The notes beneath the pieces are model-generated. The model was not told the origin of the DNA and made no database searches. It was given only the letters and a program-made list of their open reading frames with translations. 64,000 nt of DNA from Escherichia coli. Its GTDB lineage: Bacteria; Pseudomonadota; Gammaproteobacteria; Enterobacterales; Enterobacteriaceae. Positions 12,824 to 23,785 of the stretch are shown piece after piece. The stretch lies in assembly GCF_013315695.1 (NCBI RefSeq), contig NZ_CP054353.1; one strand, given 5' to 3'. The position numbers were made by a program, and so were the translations under genes. Numbering within the stretch: the first letter of the stretch is position 1; every line of letters starts with the position of its first letter.

Positions 12824-13273
12824 TCAGGCTTTTACCTGCTGGTAACGGCTGACTTTAAACAGTCGGCGGCAATAATCGAGGAAGTAACCATAAACCGCCC
12901 CCATCAACATCGAAACAACGATGTTTGAACTGACCGCCGCCATAATCTGATGCCAGTCTGCGCCCACCACTAACAAGATCGCCACATACACCGGTGACTG
13001 GAACGTCACATAAGCCATGATATCCGCCAGATTTTTTATCCAGCCCGACGGGCTAACTTTGCGTGCTGCGCGCATAAACAGATCGCGGTACATACCGTAT
13101 GGCCATGCAATTAAGATGTTCACCGGAATCGCTACCAATCTGGAATAAAAAGACTGTTCGAAGCTCATTCCGGAGAGGAAAACTTCAATACACATGTTCA
13201 CGACAGAACAGTAAACAACCATCGCGAACGTATCTGCAACTGCATGACGCAAGCGTGACTGCGGTGAGAACAT
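12824..13273 (-). CDS. alaE: L-alanine exporter
   Basis: 149-aa membrane ORF; synteny. Confidence 0.85.
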   Translation of the reverse strand: MFSPQSRLRHAVADTFAMVVYCSVVNMCIEVFLSGMSFEQSFYSRLVAIPVNILIAWPYGMYRDLFMRAARKVSPSGWIKNLADIMAYVTFQSPVYVAILLVVGADWHQIMAAVSSNIVVSMLMGAVYGYFLDYCRRLFKVSRYQQVKA

Positions 13274-13939
13274 GCTAATGCTCCTTAATAAAAGCGTAAT
13301 GGGATGTTAATGGAGGTGAAAGCAGTGGATCTCATTGCCATCTGCATTTTCGCATAGCGTATATCGCTGGCTATGACTAATCAATTAGTGAAAAATTTTT
13401 ATTTAATCTGTTTTTGTAGATAAAATATTCCGTAACGGCGCGTTTTTTGTACATTGTGGATTTTTACATGCCGATATGATTTATTTTTAATTAAATCAAT
13501 TGGATATGTGTTTACCTTTATTTTCACTCATGAAGGTTTGGGGGGAGGTAACGCTATAAGCGTAGAGAATTCGGTGTATGTCGTGACCGGGTCATTTTCA
13601 GCATTTTTTATGCCAGATAACGTACATTGACAGCAGAAAGCACCAGTGAGTGATGTTTTCTTTTATTCTGTTGAGTTGCATTTTTATTCACTTTGGTTTT
13701 GTCAGGCTTGCGGAATTAGCGAGCAGAGAGCGCCGCTCTGTTCACCAATAACCGAAATTACTCATCAAAATGGCTAATATATAATCTTGAAATTATTCTG
13801 AGAGTTTCAGAAAATAACAGCTGAAATAATCTCGTGCAGGACTGTAAATAGATTAAATTTTGTGGAAATATAATAAGTGATCGCTTACACTACGCGACGA
13901 AATACTTTTTTGTTTTGGCGTTAAAAGGTTTTCTTTATT

Positions 13940-14344
13940 ATGTCCGTAATGTTACAAAGTTTAAATAACATTCGCACTCTCCGTGCGATGGCTCGCGAAT
14001 TCTCCATTGACGTTCTTGAAGAAATGCTCGAAAAATTCAGGGTTGTCACTAAAGAAAGACGTGAAGAAGAAGAACAGCAGCAGCGTGAGCTGGCAGAGCG
14101 CCAGGAAAAAATTAGCACCTGGCTGGAGCTGATGAAAGCTGACGGAATTAACCCGGAAGAGTTATTGGGTAATAACTCTGCGGCTGCCCCACGCGCTGGT
14201 AAAAAACGCCAGCCGCGTCCGGCGAAATATAAATTCACCGATGTTAACGGTGAAACTAAAACCTGGACCGGTCAGGGCCGTACACCGAAGCCAATCGCTC
14301 AGGCGCTGGCAGAAGGTAAATCTCTCGACGATTTCCTGATCTAA
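13940..14344 (+). CDS. stpA: H-NS paralog DNA-binding protein StpA
   Basis: 134-aa ORF with H-NS-like coiled coil and C-terminal [12 protein letters not shown]-binding motif. Confidence 0.9.
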   Translation: MSVMLQSLNNIRTLRAMAREFSIDVLEEMLEKFRVVTKERREEEEQQQRELAERQEKISTWLELMKADGINPEELLGNNSAAAPRAGKKRQPRPAKYKFTDVNGETKTWTGQGRTPKPIAQALAEGKSLDDFLI

Positions 14345-14390
14345 TTACTGAGGCCGGATGCCGCCGCTATGGCGCGTCCGGCGTCTCTTC

Positions 14391-14915
14391 TCAAGCTCGT
14401 TGGTTCCACGGCATCTTATCTAACAACCTTGCCATCCCACAAAAACCGCTAATTCCTGCAAACAGTAACCCGGCACCAACAAAGCCGCTTAATAAGAAGA
14501 AACCGCTATTTACGGTATAACCCAGTATAACGCCGATTAATATTAAACCACCCGCAGCGATCTGCACCTGGCGCATTAACGGCAAGGGTTGAGATTTATT
14601 TACCGCTACTGGTAATCCTGCTTTTTTCCAGCCATCAATCCCATCTTCGAGTAAAAAGATTTCTGCGGGGGCGGCAATCGCTGCTAATTTATCGGCGTTA
14701 TTACTGGTGCGTTTACCTGCCTGGCAGTGGAATATAATTTGCTCGCGACGTGATTTAGGCGGAAGACCTGACTGTTCCAGTACGGATAATGGAGCCAGAT
14801 CTGCTTCAGGAATATGTTCACGAAGATATTCATCAGCGTCACGAATATCGATTAACTTTGCGCCGCGTGCGATTAATTCTTGTGCATCATGCGGCGAAAT
14901 GGTTGTCAAAGCCAT
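14391..14915 (-). CDS. ygaP: membrane-anchored rhodanese (thiosulfate sulfurtransferase)
   Basis: 174-aa ORF; rhodanese active-site CQAGKR; C-terminal TM helices. Confidence 0.85.
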   Translation of the reverse strand: MALTTISPHDAQELIARGAKLIDIRDADEYLREHIPEADLAPLSVLEQSGLPPKSRREQIIFHCQAGKRTSNNADKLAAIAAPAEIFLLEDGIDGWKKAGLPVAVNKSQPLPLMRQVQIAAGGLILIGVILGYTVNSGFFLLSGFVGAGLLFAGISGFCGMARLLDKMPWNQRA

Positions 14916-14924
14916 AGTGACTCC

Positions 14925-15224
14925 TTACGGACAATAGACATTTTTCAGGGTGGCGATAATGGCATTTACCGCCTCATTTTTAATGGAATATAGAATGCGT
15001 TGGGCATCCCGTTGGCTGTCGATAAGCCCTTCGTCCCGCATACGAGCGAGATGCTGTGATGTCGCAGAGGCACTCAGTCCGGTAATGCGAGTCAGCTCTC
15101 CCGCGCTGGTGCCGGGGGAACCGCTAAGCATGCACAGAATCAGCAACCGTTTAGGGTGGCTCATTGCTTTCAATAAGGCCGCTGCCTGTTCGGCACTGGC
15201 CTGTAATTGCGCGAGTTCAGTCAT
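14925..15224 (-). CDS. ygaV: ArsR-family transcriptional regulator
   Basis: 99-aa ORF with ArsR-like HTH; operon with ygaP. Confidence 0.85.
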   Translation of the reverse strand: MTELAQLQASAEQAAALLKAMSHPKRLLILCMLSGSPGTSAGELTRITGLSASATSQHLARMRDEGLIDSQRDAQRILYSIKNEAVNAIIATLKNVYCP

Positions 15225-15406
15225 AGTTATTTAAGTATTTTCTAAATTAAGTAAACTCTAAACTAAAAATGCAACATATACCAGCCTCAGCAGCGTAAAT
15301 GAGAGTAAAAGCGTAAGCTGAAACTGGCAGGCTCCGCTAAAATTACTACGCTTAAGAGATAAAATCTCTTTTTAAACAATGAGTAATTTTCTTATAGGGA
15401 GTACAT

Positions 15407-15565
15407 ATGGGTTTCTGGAGAATCGTCATCACCATCATTCTGCCGCCGCTCGGCGTGCTGCTCGGTAAAGGGTTCGGTTGGGCGTTCATTATTAATATTC
15501 TGCTGACACTGCTTGGGTATATCCCCGGTTTGATTCACGCGTTTTGGGTGCAAACCCGCGATTAA
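15407..15565 (+). CDS. yqaE: Pmp3/UPF0057 small membrane protein
   Basis: 52-aa two-TM ORF found by manual translation (not in supplied ORF track, below its length cutoff). Confidence 0.7.
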   Translation: MGFWRIVITIILPPLGVLLGKGFGWAFIINILLTLLGYIPGLIHAFWVQTRD

Positions 15566-15648
15566 ATCTGTGTTCACCCCCGCGGCGTTAACGCGCCGCG
15601 TTCCTCTGCTACACTTTCTGAGTGTTTCCGTTAACGAATGAGGTAGCT

Positions 15649-16098
15649 ATGGGTCTGTTCAATTTTGTGAAAGATGCCGGAGAAAAACTCTGGGACGCGG
15701 TTACAGGTCAGCACGATAAAGACGATCAGGCGAAGAAGGTGCAGGAGCATCTGAACAAAACCGGTATACCTGATGCCGATAAAGTGAATATTCAAATTGC
15801 CGACGGCAAAGCGACGGTCACGGGTGACGGCCTGAGTCAGGAGGCGAAGGAGAAAATCCTTGTTGCGGTGGGGAATATTTCCGGTATTGCCAGTGTCGAT
15901 GATCAGGTGAAAACGACGACACCAGCCACTGCCAGCCAGTTTTATACCGTTAAGTCTGGCGACACTCTGAGTGCCATTTCCAAACAGGTCTACGGTAACG
16001 CCAATCTGTACAATAAAATCTTCGAAGCGAATAAACCGATGTTAAAAAGCCCGGATAAAATTTACCCGGGGCAAGTGTTGCGTATTCCTGAAGAGTAG
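15649..16098 (+). CDS. kbp: potassium-binding protein with BON and LysM domains
   Basis: 149-aa product from [11 protein letters not shown]; C-terminal Lys[19 protein letters not shown]. Confidence 0.85.
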   Translation: MGLFNFVKDAGEKLWDAVTGQHDKDDQAKKVQEHLNKTGIPDADKVNIQIADGKATVTGDGLSQEAKEKILVAVGNISGIASVDDQVKTTTPATASQFYTVKSGDTLSAISKQVYGNANLYNKIFEANKPMLKSPDKIYPGQVLRIPEE

Positions 16099-16761
16099 TT
16101 AATTGCCAGCCATCGCCTGCTGGATAATGGGAATTGGCGTCAGTAAATGCTGGCGCATTAACTCACTGGCGCGCGCGGTATCTCGCGCCAGTACCGCCGC
16201 AGTCAGGGTCTGGTGCTGATCGTGTTTATCTTCCAGCATTTCCACCGAAAGCACTGTTCGCCGCAGCCAGATAAATCGATAACGCGCTGCCAGATCAAAC
16301 AACCGTTCACGCATTTGCAGCAAATAGTAAGAACCACAGCCCGCCACAATTGCAGTATGAAACGCCTGATGACGCAGATCCCACTCATCAAGCATTTTCT
16401 CACTGGCGTCACAGGCCTCAAGCTTACTGAGCAGATGCGCCTTCGCAAGAACGTCTGCCTCCCATTCATCGCCACCGCGGGCAATCGCCAGATTCACCAA
16501 CATCGCTTCCATATTGGCGCGGGCGTCGAAAATATCGAGCAGCTCTTGCTCTGACATAGACGCCACCCGATACCCTTTTTGATTCACCACCGTGACCAGT
16601 CGTTCTGCCACCAGTTGCGAAAGCGCTTCCCGCAACGGCCCAACGCCAAGTGCATAACGCGATGTCAGCAAACTCATCCGTAATTTTTCATCCGGCTGAA
16701 AATTGCCGCGAATAATATCGTTCTTCAGCCAGCGATAGCCATCCAGAGACGTAATGGTCAT
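16099..16761 (-). CDS. csiR: GntR-family repressor of the csiD-lhgO-gabDTP operon
   Basis: 220-aa product from MTITSLDGY; synteny. Confidence 0.85.
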   Translation of the reverse strand: MTITSLDGYRWLKNDIIRGNFQPDEKLRMSLLTSRYALGVGPLREALSQLVAERLVTVVNQKGYRVASMSEQELLDIFDARANMEAMLVNLAIARGGDEWEADVLAKAHLLSKLEACDASEKMLDEWDLRHQAFHTAIVAGCGSYYLLQMRERLFDLAARYRFIWLRRTVLSVEMLEDKHDQHQTLTAAVLARDTARASELMRQHLLTPIPIIQQAMAGN

Positions 16762-16781
16762 GGTGTGACTCCTGATCATTA

Positions 16782-18182
16782 TCAGCGCGTATTATGAACG
16801 GGTGTTTTTTGCCACAATACCAGCTTTTTCCAGCGAGCCATAATTGGCACGGTACAGATAATCCCTATCGCTAATAAGCCGGTGGAGATCACTTCTAACT
16901 GTTGCGCCGGGCGGAATAGCATCACTACCAACACAAAGGTAATAAAGCCGATGACCAGCCAGGTGAGCCACGGATAAAGCCACATCCGCAGGCGAATTTC
17001 GCTTCCTTCTGCTCGCAGAATTTTGCGCATCCGCAATTGTGAAACGGCGATGACTAAATAAACCAGCAGGGCGATAGCACCGGAGCTGTCGATCAGAAAT
17101 TTAAACACTTTCGCAGGCGCGTAATAATTCACCACCACCGTTAAAAATGCCGCGCCGGTGGAGAGTAATACCGCCACATACGGGGTTTTACTGCGGTTGA
17201 TTTTACCCATTACCGCGGGCGCATCACCGCGACGGCTTAAGGAGTAGAGCATTCTGGAAGCGGTATACAGCGCCGAGTTCAGGCAACTGGTTACGGAAAG
17301 TAATATCACGCAGTCCATGATTAATTTCGCATGGGGAATATTGAGCAACTCCAGAACCGAGCGATAAGATCCAACGGCTTTCAGCCCCGGCATATTCCAC
17401 GGTATTAATGCCACGACGACAAAAATAGAGCACAAATAGAAGATAGAAATACGCCAGATAACCGAGTTGGTGGCGCGGACAATATGTTTTTCCGGCGTGT
17501 CAGATTCCGCGGCGGCAATAGTGACAATTTCTGCGCCCATAAACGAGAACATGGTGATCAACATCGCGCTTAATACCGCACCGAAGCCGTTGGGCATAAA
17601 GCCGCCGCTATCCCACAATCTTGAGATCCCGCTCACTTCGGCATAAGGGTAAAAACCGCTAATTGCGACTGCACCAAGGAAAATAAAGGCCAGGATAGCG
17701 ATGACTTTACACAGCGCCAGCCAGAACTCAAATTCGCCGTAGTTTTTAACGCTTAATAAATTACTGCCGGTTAAGGCGAGGGTAATGACCAGGGAAAATA
17801 ACCAGATGGGAATGCCTGGAACCCACGAGTGCAGGATCATGGCGGCGATGTTGGCTTCAAGTGGGATAACCAGTACCCAAAACCACCAGTACAACCAGCC
17901 GATGGTATAGCCCGCCCAGCGGCCAATGGCTTTATCGGCATAGGTGGAAAAGGAGCCGGTGTCGGGCGTGGCAACCGCCATTTCTGCCAGCATTCGCATA
18001 ATCATAACCACCAGCAATCCGGCGAACAGATAGGCCAGTAACACCGCCGGACCCGCTTCGGCGATGGCGACGCTGGAACCGACAAACAGACTTGCGCCGA
18101 TAACACCGGCAATAGACAACATAGTGACGTGGCGTGACTTCAGCCCGCCGCCTAACTCATGTGGTTGCGATGATTGCCCCAT
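16782..18182 (-). CDS. gabP: GABA permease (APC family)
   Basis: 466-aa product from MGQSSQPHELGGGLKSRHVTM; amino acid permease signature. Confidence 0.9.
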   Translation of the reverse strand: MGQSSQPHELGGGLKSRHVTMLSIAGVIGASLFVGSSVAIAEAGPAVLLAYLFAGLLVVMIMRMLAEMAVATPDTGSFSTYADKAIGRWAGYTIGWLYWWFWVLVIPLEANIAAMILHSWVPGIPIWLFSLVITLALTGSNLLSVKNYGEFEFWLALCKVIAILAFIFLGAVAISGFYPYAEVSGISRLWDSGGFMPNGFGAVLSAMLITMFSFMGAEIVTIAAAESDTPEKHIVRATNSVIWRISIFYLCSIFVVVALIPWNMPGLKAVGSYRSVLELLNIPHAKLIMDCVILLSVTSCLNSALYTASRMLYSLSRRGDAPAVMGKINRSKTPYVAVLLSTGAAFLTVVVNYYAPAKVFKFLIDSSGAIALLVYLVIAVSQLRMRKILRAEGSEIRLRMWLYPWLTWLVIGFITFVLVVMLFRPAQQLEVISTGLLAIGIICTVPIMARWKKLVLWQKTPVHNTR

Positions 18183-18269
18183 CCTGAATCCTCTCGAAAG
18201 TGTGTCACTTGGGAGAGCGCCCCGACATTTCCCGCGTCGGGTCACGCGTTTAATTGTTATTAATTCTTT

Positions 18270-18415
18270 TTGCCGGAGAGCGGCTCCGCCTTATCCGGCC
18301 GACATAGATTTATTCCTGTTCACGTACAGATTGTCGGATGCGGCGTAAATGCCTTATCCGACCTGGATTCTCGTAGGCCGGACAAGCCGCAAAGCGTCGC
18401 CTCCGGCATGGTGCG
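18270..18415. repeat. REP/BIME-like extragenic palindromic cluster
   Basis: repeated gccggatgcggcgtaaatgccttatccg-type units between gabP and gabT. Confidence 0.5.
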
Positions 18416-18418
18416 GTG

Positions 18419-19699
18419 CTACAGCTTCGCCTCAGCAAAACACTGGCTGATGATCTCCAGACCCTGACGGATCTGAGCGTCTTCAATGGTGAGCGGTACA
18501 AGGATGCGCAGCACGTTGTAATACGGGCCGCAGGAGAGAAGAATCAGACCCTTATCGCGGGCGCGTGCCACGATCTCGGCGGTGAGTTTTGCGTCCGGTT
18601 TGCTGGGATCGCCATCTTCAAACAGCTCGATGGCGATCATCGCCCCCAGCCCGCGTACGTCGCCGATCTCCGGGTGTTTTTCGGCGATCGCCAGCAATCC
18701 GTCTTTCAGCTTCTGCCCCAGAACGTTGGCTTTTTGCAGCAGATTTTCCTGCTCGAACACCTTCAACACTTCCAGCGCCGCTACGCAGGCAATCGGGTTA
18801 CCGGCATAGGTGCCACCCAGTCCGCCCGGTGCGACGGCGTCCATCACTTCCGCGCGCCCGGTGACGCCTGCCAGCGGGAAACCGCCTGCGATCGATTTCG
18901 CAAAGGTGGTAAGATCCGGCGCAACGCCCATCTGCTCCATCGCAAACAGCGTGCCGGTACGCCCCGCGCCGCTCTGCACTTCATCGGCAATCAGCATGAT
19001 CCCGTGCTCGTCACACAGAGCGCGTAAACGCTGCATAAAGGCTGGCGTCGCGGCGTAGAAACCGCCTTCGCCCTGAACGGGCTCAATCACGATGGCTGCG
19101 ATATCTTCCGGCGCGGCGTCATTTTTAAAGATCCGGTGGATGCTGGCGATAGCGTCATCTTCACTGATGCCGTGCAGCGGGCAAGGATAAAGCGCGCGAT
19201 AAACATGGCCTGGCATCAGCCCCATACCCGCAGAGTACGGATTTACCTTGCCGGTCAGCGCCAGCGTGTAGTGCGTACGCCCGTGATATGCACCGCTAAA
19301 GGCGATAGTGCCGCTGCGTTTGGTGGCGGCGCGGGCGATTTTCACCGCGTTCTCCACCGCTTCAGAACCGGTCGTTACCAGCAGCGTTTTTTTGGCGAAA
19401 TCGCCCGGCACCTTCTGATTCATAATCTCGCACAGCTCCAGATACGGCTCGTAAGCCAGCACCTGGAAGCAGGTGTGCGACAGTTTTTTCAACTGCGCTT
19501 CCACCGCGGCCACCACCTTCGGATGCAGGTGCCCGGTATTGAGCACCGCAATCCCGCCCGCGAAATCAAGATACTCACGGCCTTCAACGTCCCACACCCG
19601 GCAGTTTTCCGCGCGGTCAGCGAAAATCGGGTGAATTTGCCCAACGCCACGGGGAATCGCCTGACTGCGGCGCTGCATTAACTCTTTATTGCTGCTCAT
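18419..19699 (-). CDS. gabT: 4-aminobutyrate aminotransferase
   Basis: 426-aa class III aminotransferase ORF. Confidence 0.9.
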   Translation of the reverse strand: MSSNKELMQRRSQAIPRGVGQIHPIFADRAENCRVWDVEGREYLDFAGGIAVLNTGHLHPKVVAAVEAQLKKLSHTCFQVLAYEPYLELCEIMNQKVPGDFAKKTLLVTTGSEAVENAVKIARAATKRSGTIAFSGAYHGRTHYTLALTGKVNPYSAGMGLMPGHVYRALYPCPLHGISEDDAIASIHRIFKNDAAPEDIAAIVIEPVQGEGGFYAATPAFMQRLRALCDEHGIMLIADEVQSGAGRTGTLFAMEQMGVAPDLTTFAKSIAGGFPLAGVTGRAEVMDAVAPGGLGGTYAGNPIACVAALEVLKVFEQENLLQKANVLGQKLKDGLLAIAEKHPEIGDVRGLGAMIAIELFEDGDPSKPDAKLTAEIVARARDKGLILLSCGPYYNVLRILVPLTIEDAQIRQGLEIISQCFAEAKL

Positions 19700-19712
19700 T
19701 CGCGTTCTCCAG

Positions 19713-21161
19713 TTAAAGACCGATGCACATATATTTGATTTCTAAGTAATCTTCGATGCCATACTTCGAACCTTCACGACCCAGACCCGAGGCTTTAATG
19801 CCGCCGAACGGGGCCACTTCATTGGAAATAATGCCGGTATTGATGCCGACGATGCCGTACTCCAGCGCTTCGCCCACGCGGAAGACGCGGCTTAAATCAC
19901 GGGCGTAGAAATAGGCGGCAAGGCCAAACTCGGTGTCATTGGCTTGCGCAATCACATCGGCTTCATCTTTAAAACGGAACAGTGGGGCGAGGGGGCCGAA
20001 CGTCTCTTCTTTCGACACTTTGGCGTTGGCTGGAACGTCCACCAGAATGGTCGGCTGGAAGAAGTTGCCGCCGCGTTCATCCGCTTTACCGCCGCAAACC
20101 ACACGCGCACCTTTCTCCAGCGCATCGGCAATATGCTCTTCCACTTTTGCTACCGCTTTTTCATCGATCAGCGGCCCGATGGTGACGCCTTTCTCCAGCC
20201 CGTTGCCGATGTGCAGTTTGCTCACCGCCTGCTGCAATTTTTCGGCAAAGCGGTCATACACGCCGTTCTGCACATACAGGCGGTTGGCGCAGACGCAGGT
20301 TTGCCCGGCGTTACGGAATTTCGAGGCCAGCGCGCCTTCCACGGCTTTATCGAGATCGGCATCGTCAAAGACAATAAACGGTGCGTTGCCGCCCAGCTCC
20401 AGCGACACTTTTTTGATGTCTTTCGCGCACTGTTCCATTAACTGACGGCCAATTTCGGTCGAGCCGGTAAACGACAGCTTGCGCACCAGCGGGTTGCTGG
20501 TCAGTTCGTTACCGACCGCGCCCGCCGAACCGGTGACCACGTTAAACACGCCAGCCGGAACGCCCGCGCGAATCGCCAGTTCTGCCAGCGCCAGCGCAGA
20601 GAACGGCGTCTGACTGGCGGGCTTCAGCACCATCGTGCAGCCTGCCGCCAGCGCCGGACCTGCTTTACGGGTAATCATCGCCGCCGGGAAGTTCCACGGC
20701 GTGATAGCCGCGGTGACGCCAATCGGCTGCTTGATAACAATCAGGCGTTTATCGGCCTGATGACCGGGAATGGTGTCGCCATAAATACGTTTGCCTTCTT
20801 CAGCAAACCACTCAATAAATGAGGCGGCGTAGCTGATTTCGCCTTTCGCTTCGGCCAGTGGTTTGCCCTGTTCGAGGGTCATCAGGCGCGCTAAATCGTC
20901 CTGATGCTCCATCATCAAATTGAACCAGTTGCGCAGAATGTTGGCGCGTTCTTTGGCGGTGAGCGCACGCCAGGCGGGCAGAGCGCGGTTGGCGGCGTCG
21001 ATAGCGGCGCGGGTTTCATCAGCGCCCATTTTGGGTACGCTACCCAGCTTGTCGCCGTTCGCCGGATTGGTGACGTCGATGACCTCGCCATTGTTGGCGT
21101 CCAGCCATTCCCCGTTAATCAACGCCTGCTGGCGGAATAAGTTACTGTCGTTAAGTTTCAT
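19713..21161 (-). CDS. gabD: succinate-semialdehyde dehydrogenase (NADP+)
   Basis: 482-aa aldehyde dehydrogenase ORF. Confidence 0.9.
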   Translation of the reverse strand: MKLNDSNLFRQQALINGEWLDANNGEVIDVTNPANGDKLGSVPKMGADETRAAIDAANRALPAWRALTAKERANILRNWFNLMMEHQDDLARLMTLEQGKPLAEAKGEISYAASFIEWFAEEGKRIYGDTIPGHQADKRLIVIKQPIGVTAAITPWNFPAAMITRKAGPALAAGCTMVLKPASQTPFSALALAELAIRAGVPAGVFNVVTGSAGAVGNELTSNPLVRKLSFTGSTEIGRQLMEQCAKDIKKVSLELGGNAPFIVFDDADLDKAVEGALASKFRNAGQTCVCANRLYVQNGVYDRFAEKLQQAVSKLHIGNGLEKGVTIGPLIDEKAVAKVEEHIADALEKGARVVCGGKADERGGNFFQPTILVDVPANAKVSKEETFGPLAPLFRFKDEADVIAQANDTEFGLAAYFYARDLSRVFRVGEALEYGIVGINTGIISNEVAPFGGIKASGLGREGSKYGIEDYLEIKYMCIGL

Positions 21162-21183
21162 TGTTACGTCCTGTTTTCAAAGG

Positions 21184-22452
21184 TTATTGATTAAATGCGG
21201 CGTGTAAGGCATCCACACTACGTGCCGCTCGCAGCGTGCGTCCGGGGTTACTCTGGCTTGCCAACAGCGTTTGTACCTTGCTGACAATATGCGCACCAAT
21301 AGGAATTGCTGATGTCGCTGCCGGGGAGGGCGCATTGCAGGTGTGGATCGTGCGCGGGGTGGTGACAAACAGAAAATCGTCAATCAGCTTGCCGTCCGGC
21401 GATACCGCCTGCGCCCGCACACCGGCGGGCCAGGGCTGGAGATCGCTTAACGAAAGCCGGGGACAATACTTTTGCACCAGCCGCAGATAGCCGCTTTTGC
21501 ACAGCGAGTTTTTCATCTCGCCCAGTCCTGAGCGTAGATGGTTTTGCAGCACCCGGCGAATCCCCGACGAGCCCAAAATCTCCAGCGTGTCGCTAAATGA
21601 GAAGTCGCGCTTGCGATAGCCTTCACGTTTGAAAGCCAGCACCGCGTTTGGCCCGACGGTCACGCTGCCATCGATCATGCGGGTGAGATGAACGCCCAAA
21701 AATGGCATCGCGGGGTCGGGGATGGGGTAAATCAGGTGGTTAACAATCTGGTTATGCTCCGGGGCAAGGCGGAAATACTCGCCACGGAACGGGCAGATAA
21801 TAAAGCCCGGTTCGAGGCCGAGCATTTTCACCAGCCGGTCAGCCATCAGCCCGGAACAGCTAATCAGCGTCGATGCTTCATATTCACCGCCCTGACGGGT
21901 ACGTATCACCACGCCGTTTTTATGCTCACTGAGGGCGCTGACTTCGGCGTTATAAATAATCTCGCCGCCTCTGGCCTGGAAGATTTTTGCCATCGCCGCC
22001 GTCACTTCGCGATAGCTGACAATGCCGCTGGACGGCACAAAAATGCCGCCAAGCCCGGTGATATTCGGTTCGCGCTCGCGCAGTTCCTCGGCGTTTAACC
22101 ACTCGCGCTCGATACCGTTCGCCGCCGTGCGTTCCCACAACGCGCGCATCCGTTCCATTTCGAGTTCAGAGGTGGCGACCAGCATCTTGCCGCAGTTGTC
22201 ATAGCGAATGCCGTTTTGATCGCAAAAGGCTTTGGTGGCGCGGTTTCCCGCCAGGCAAAACTGTGCCTTCAGGCTACCGGGCGTGTAATAGACCCCGGCA
22301 TGGATCACGCCGCTGTTGTGGCCCGTCTGATGAAAGGCCGGGCCGGACTCTTTTTCCAGCAACGCAATGCGGGCATCCGGATAAACATCAATCAGTTGCA
22401 TGGCGGTCGACATGCCGATGATGCCGCCGCCAATAATCACAAAATCATACAT
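21184..22452 (-). CDS. lhgO: L-2-hydroxyglutarate dehydrogenase/oxidase (FAD)
   Basis: 422-aa product from MYDFVIIGGGIIGMSTAMQL (FAD fold). Confidence 0.9.
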   Translation of the reverse strand: MYDFVIIGGGIIGMSTAMQLIDVYPDARIALLEKESGPAFHQTGHNSGVIHAGVYYTPGSLKAQFCLAGNRATKAFCDQNGIRYDNCGKMLVATSELEMERMRALWERTAANGIEREWLNAEELREREPNITGLGGIFVPSSGIVSYREVTAAMAKIFQARGGEIIYNAEVSALSEHKNGVVIRTRQGGEYEASTLISCSGLMADRLVKMLGLEPGFIICPFRGEYFRLAPEHNQIVNHLIYPIPDPAMPFLGVHLTRMIDGSVTVGPNAVLAFKREGYRKRDFSFSDTLEILGSSGIRRVLQNHLRSGLGEMKNSLCKSGYLRLVQKYCPRLSLSDLQPWPAGVRAQAVSPDGKLIDDFLFVTTPRTIHTCNAPSPAATSAIPIGAHIVSKVQTLLASQSNPGRTLRAARSVDALHAAFNQ

Positions 22453-22471
22453 CCGCTCAATTCCTTTGCGC

Positions 22472-23563
<1,092 letters not shown>

Positions 23564-23785
23564 TTATTGTGATCAAAAGCAACAAATTGGTAACATTTAA
23601 CGTAGGGTATTAAGGCAAAGTGAGACAGGAAATGAATAACTAAAGCAACAGGTTAGGGGTGGATTACCATCAGAGAACAGATTTTCTGGTCGATAAAAAA
23701 CGGTAAATGGCTTCACTGCAAAATGACCGTTAGTAAACTAAACACATTATCTGCCCCGTTTTAGCGGGGCAGATATAACATTAAA

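Noticed and set aside
13274-13939. 666-bp AT-rich intergenic region between alaE and stpA as a possible small RNA or hidden gene
   Set aside because: No convincing ORF or terminator-bounded structured element; more simply the AT-rich H-NS/StpA-regulated stpA promoter region
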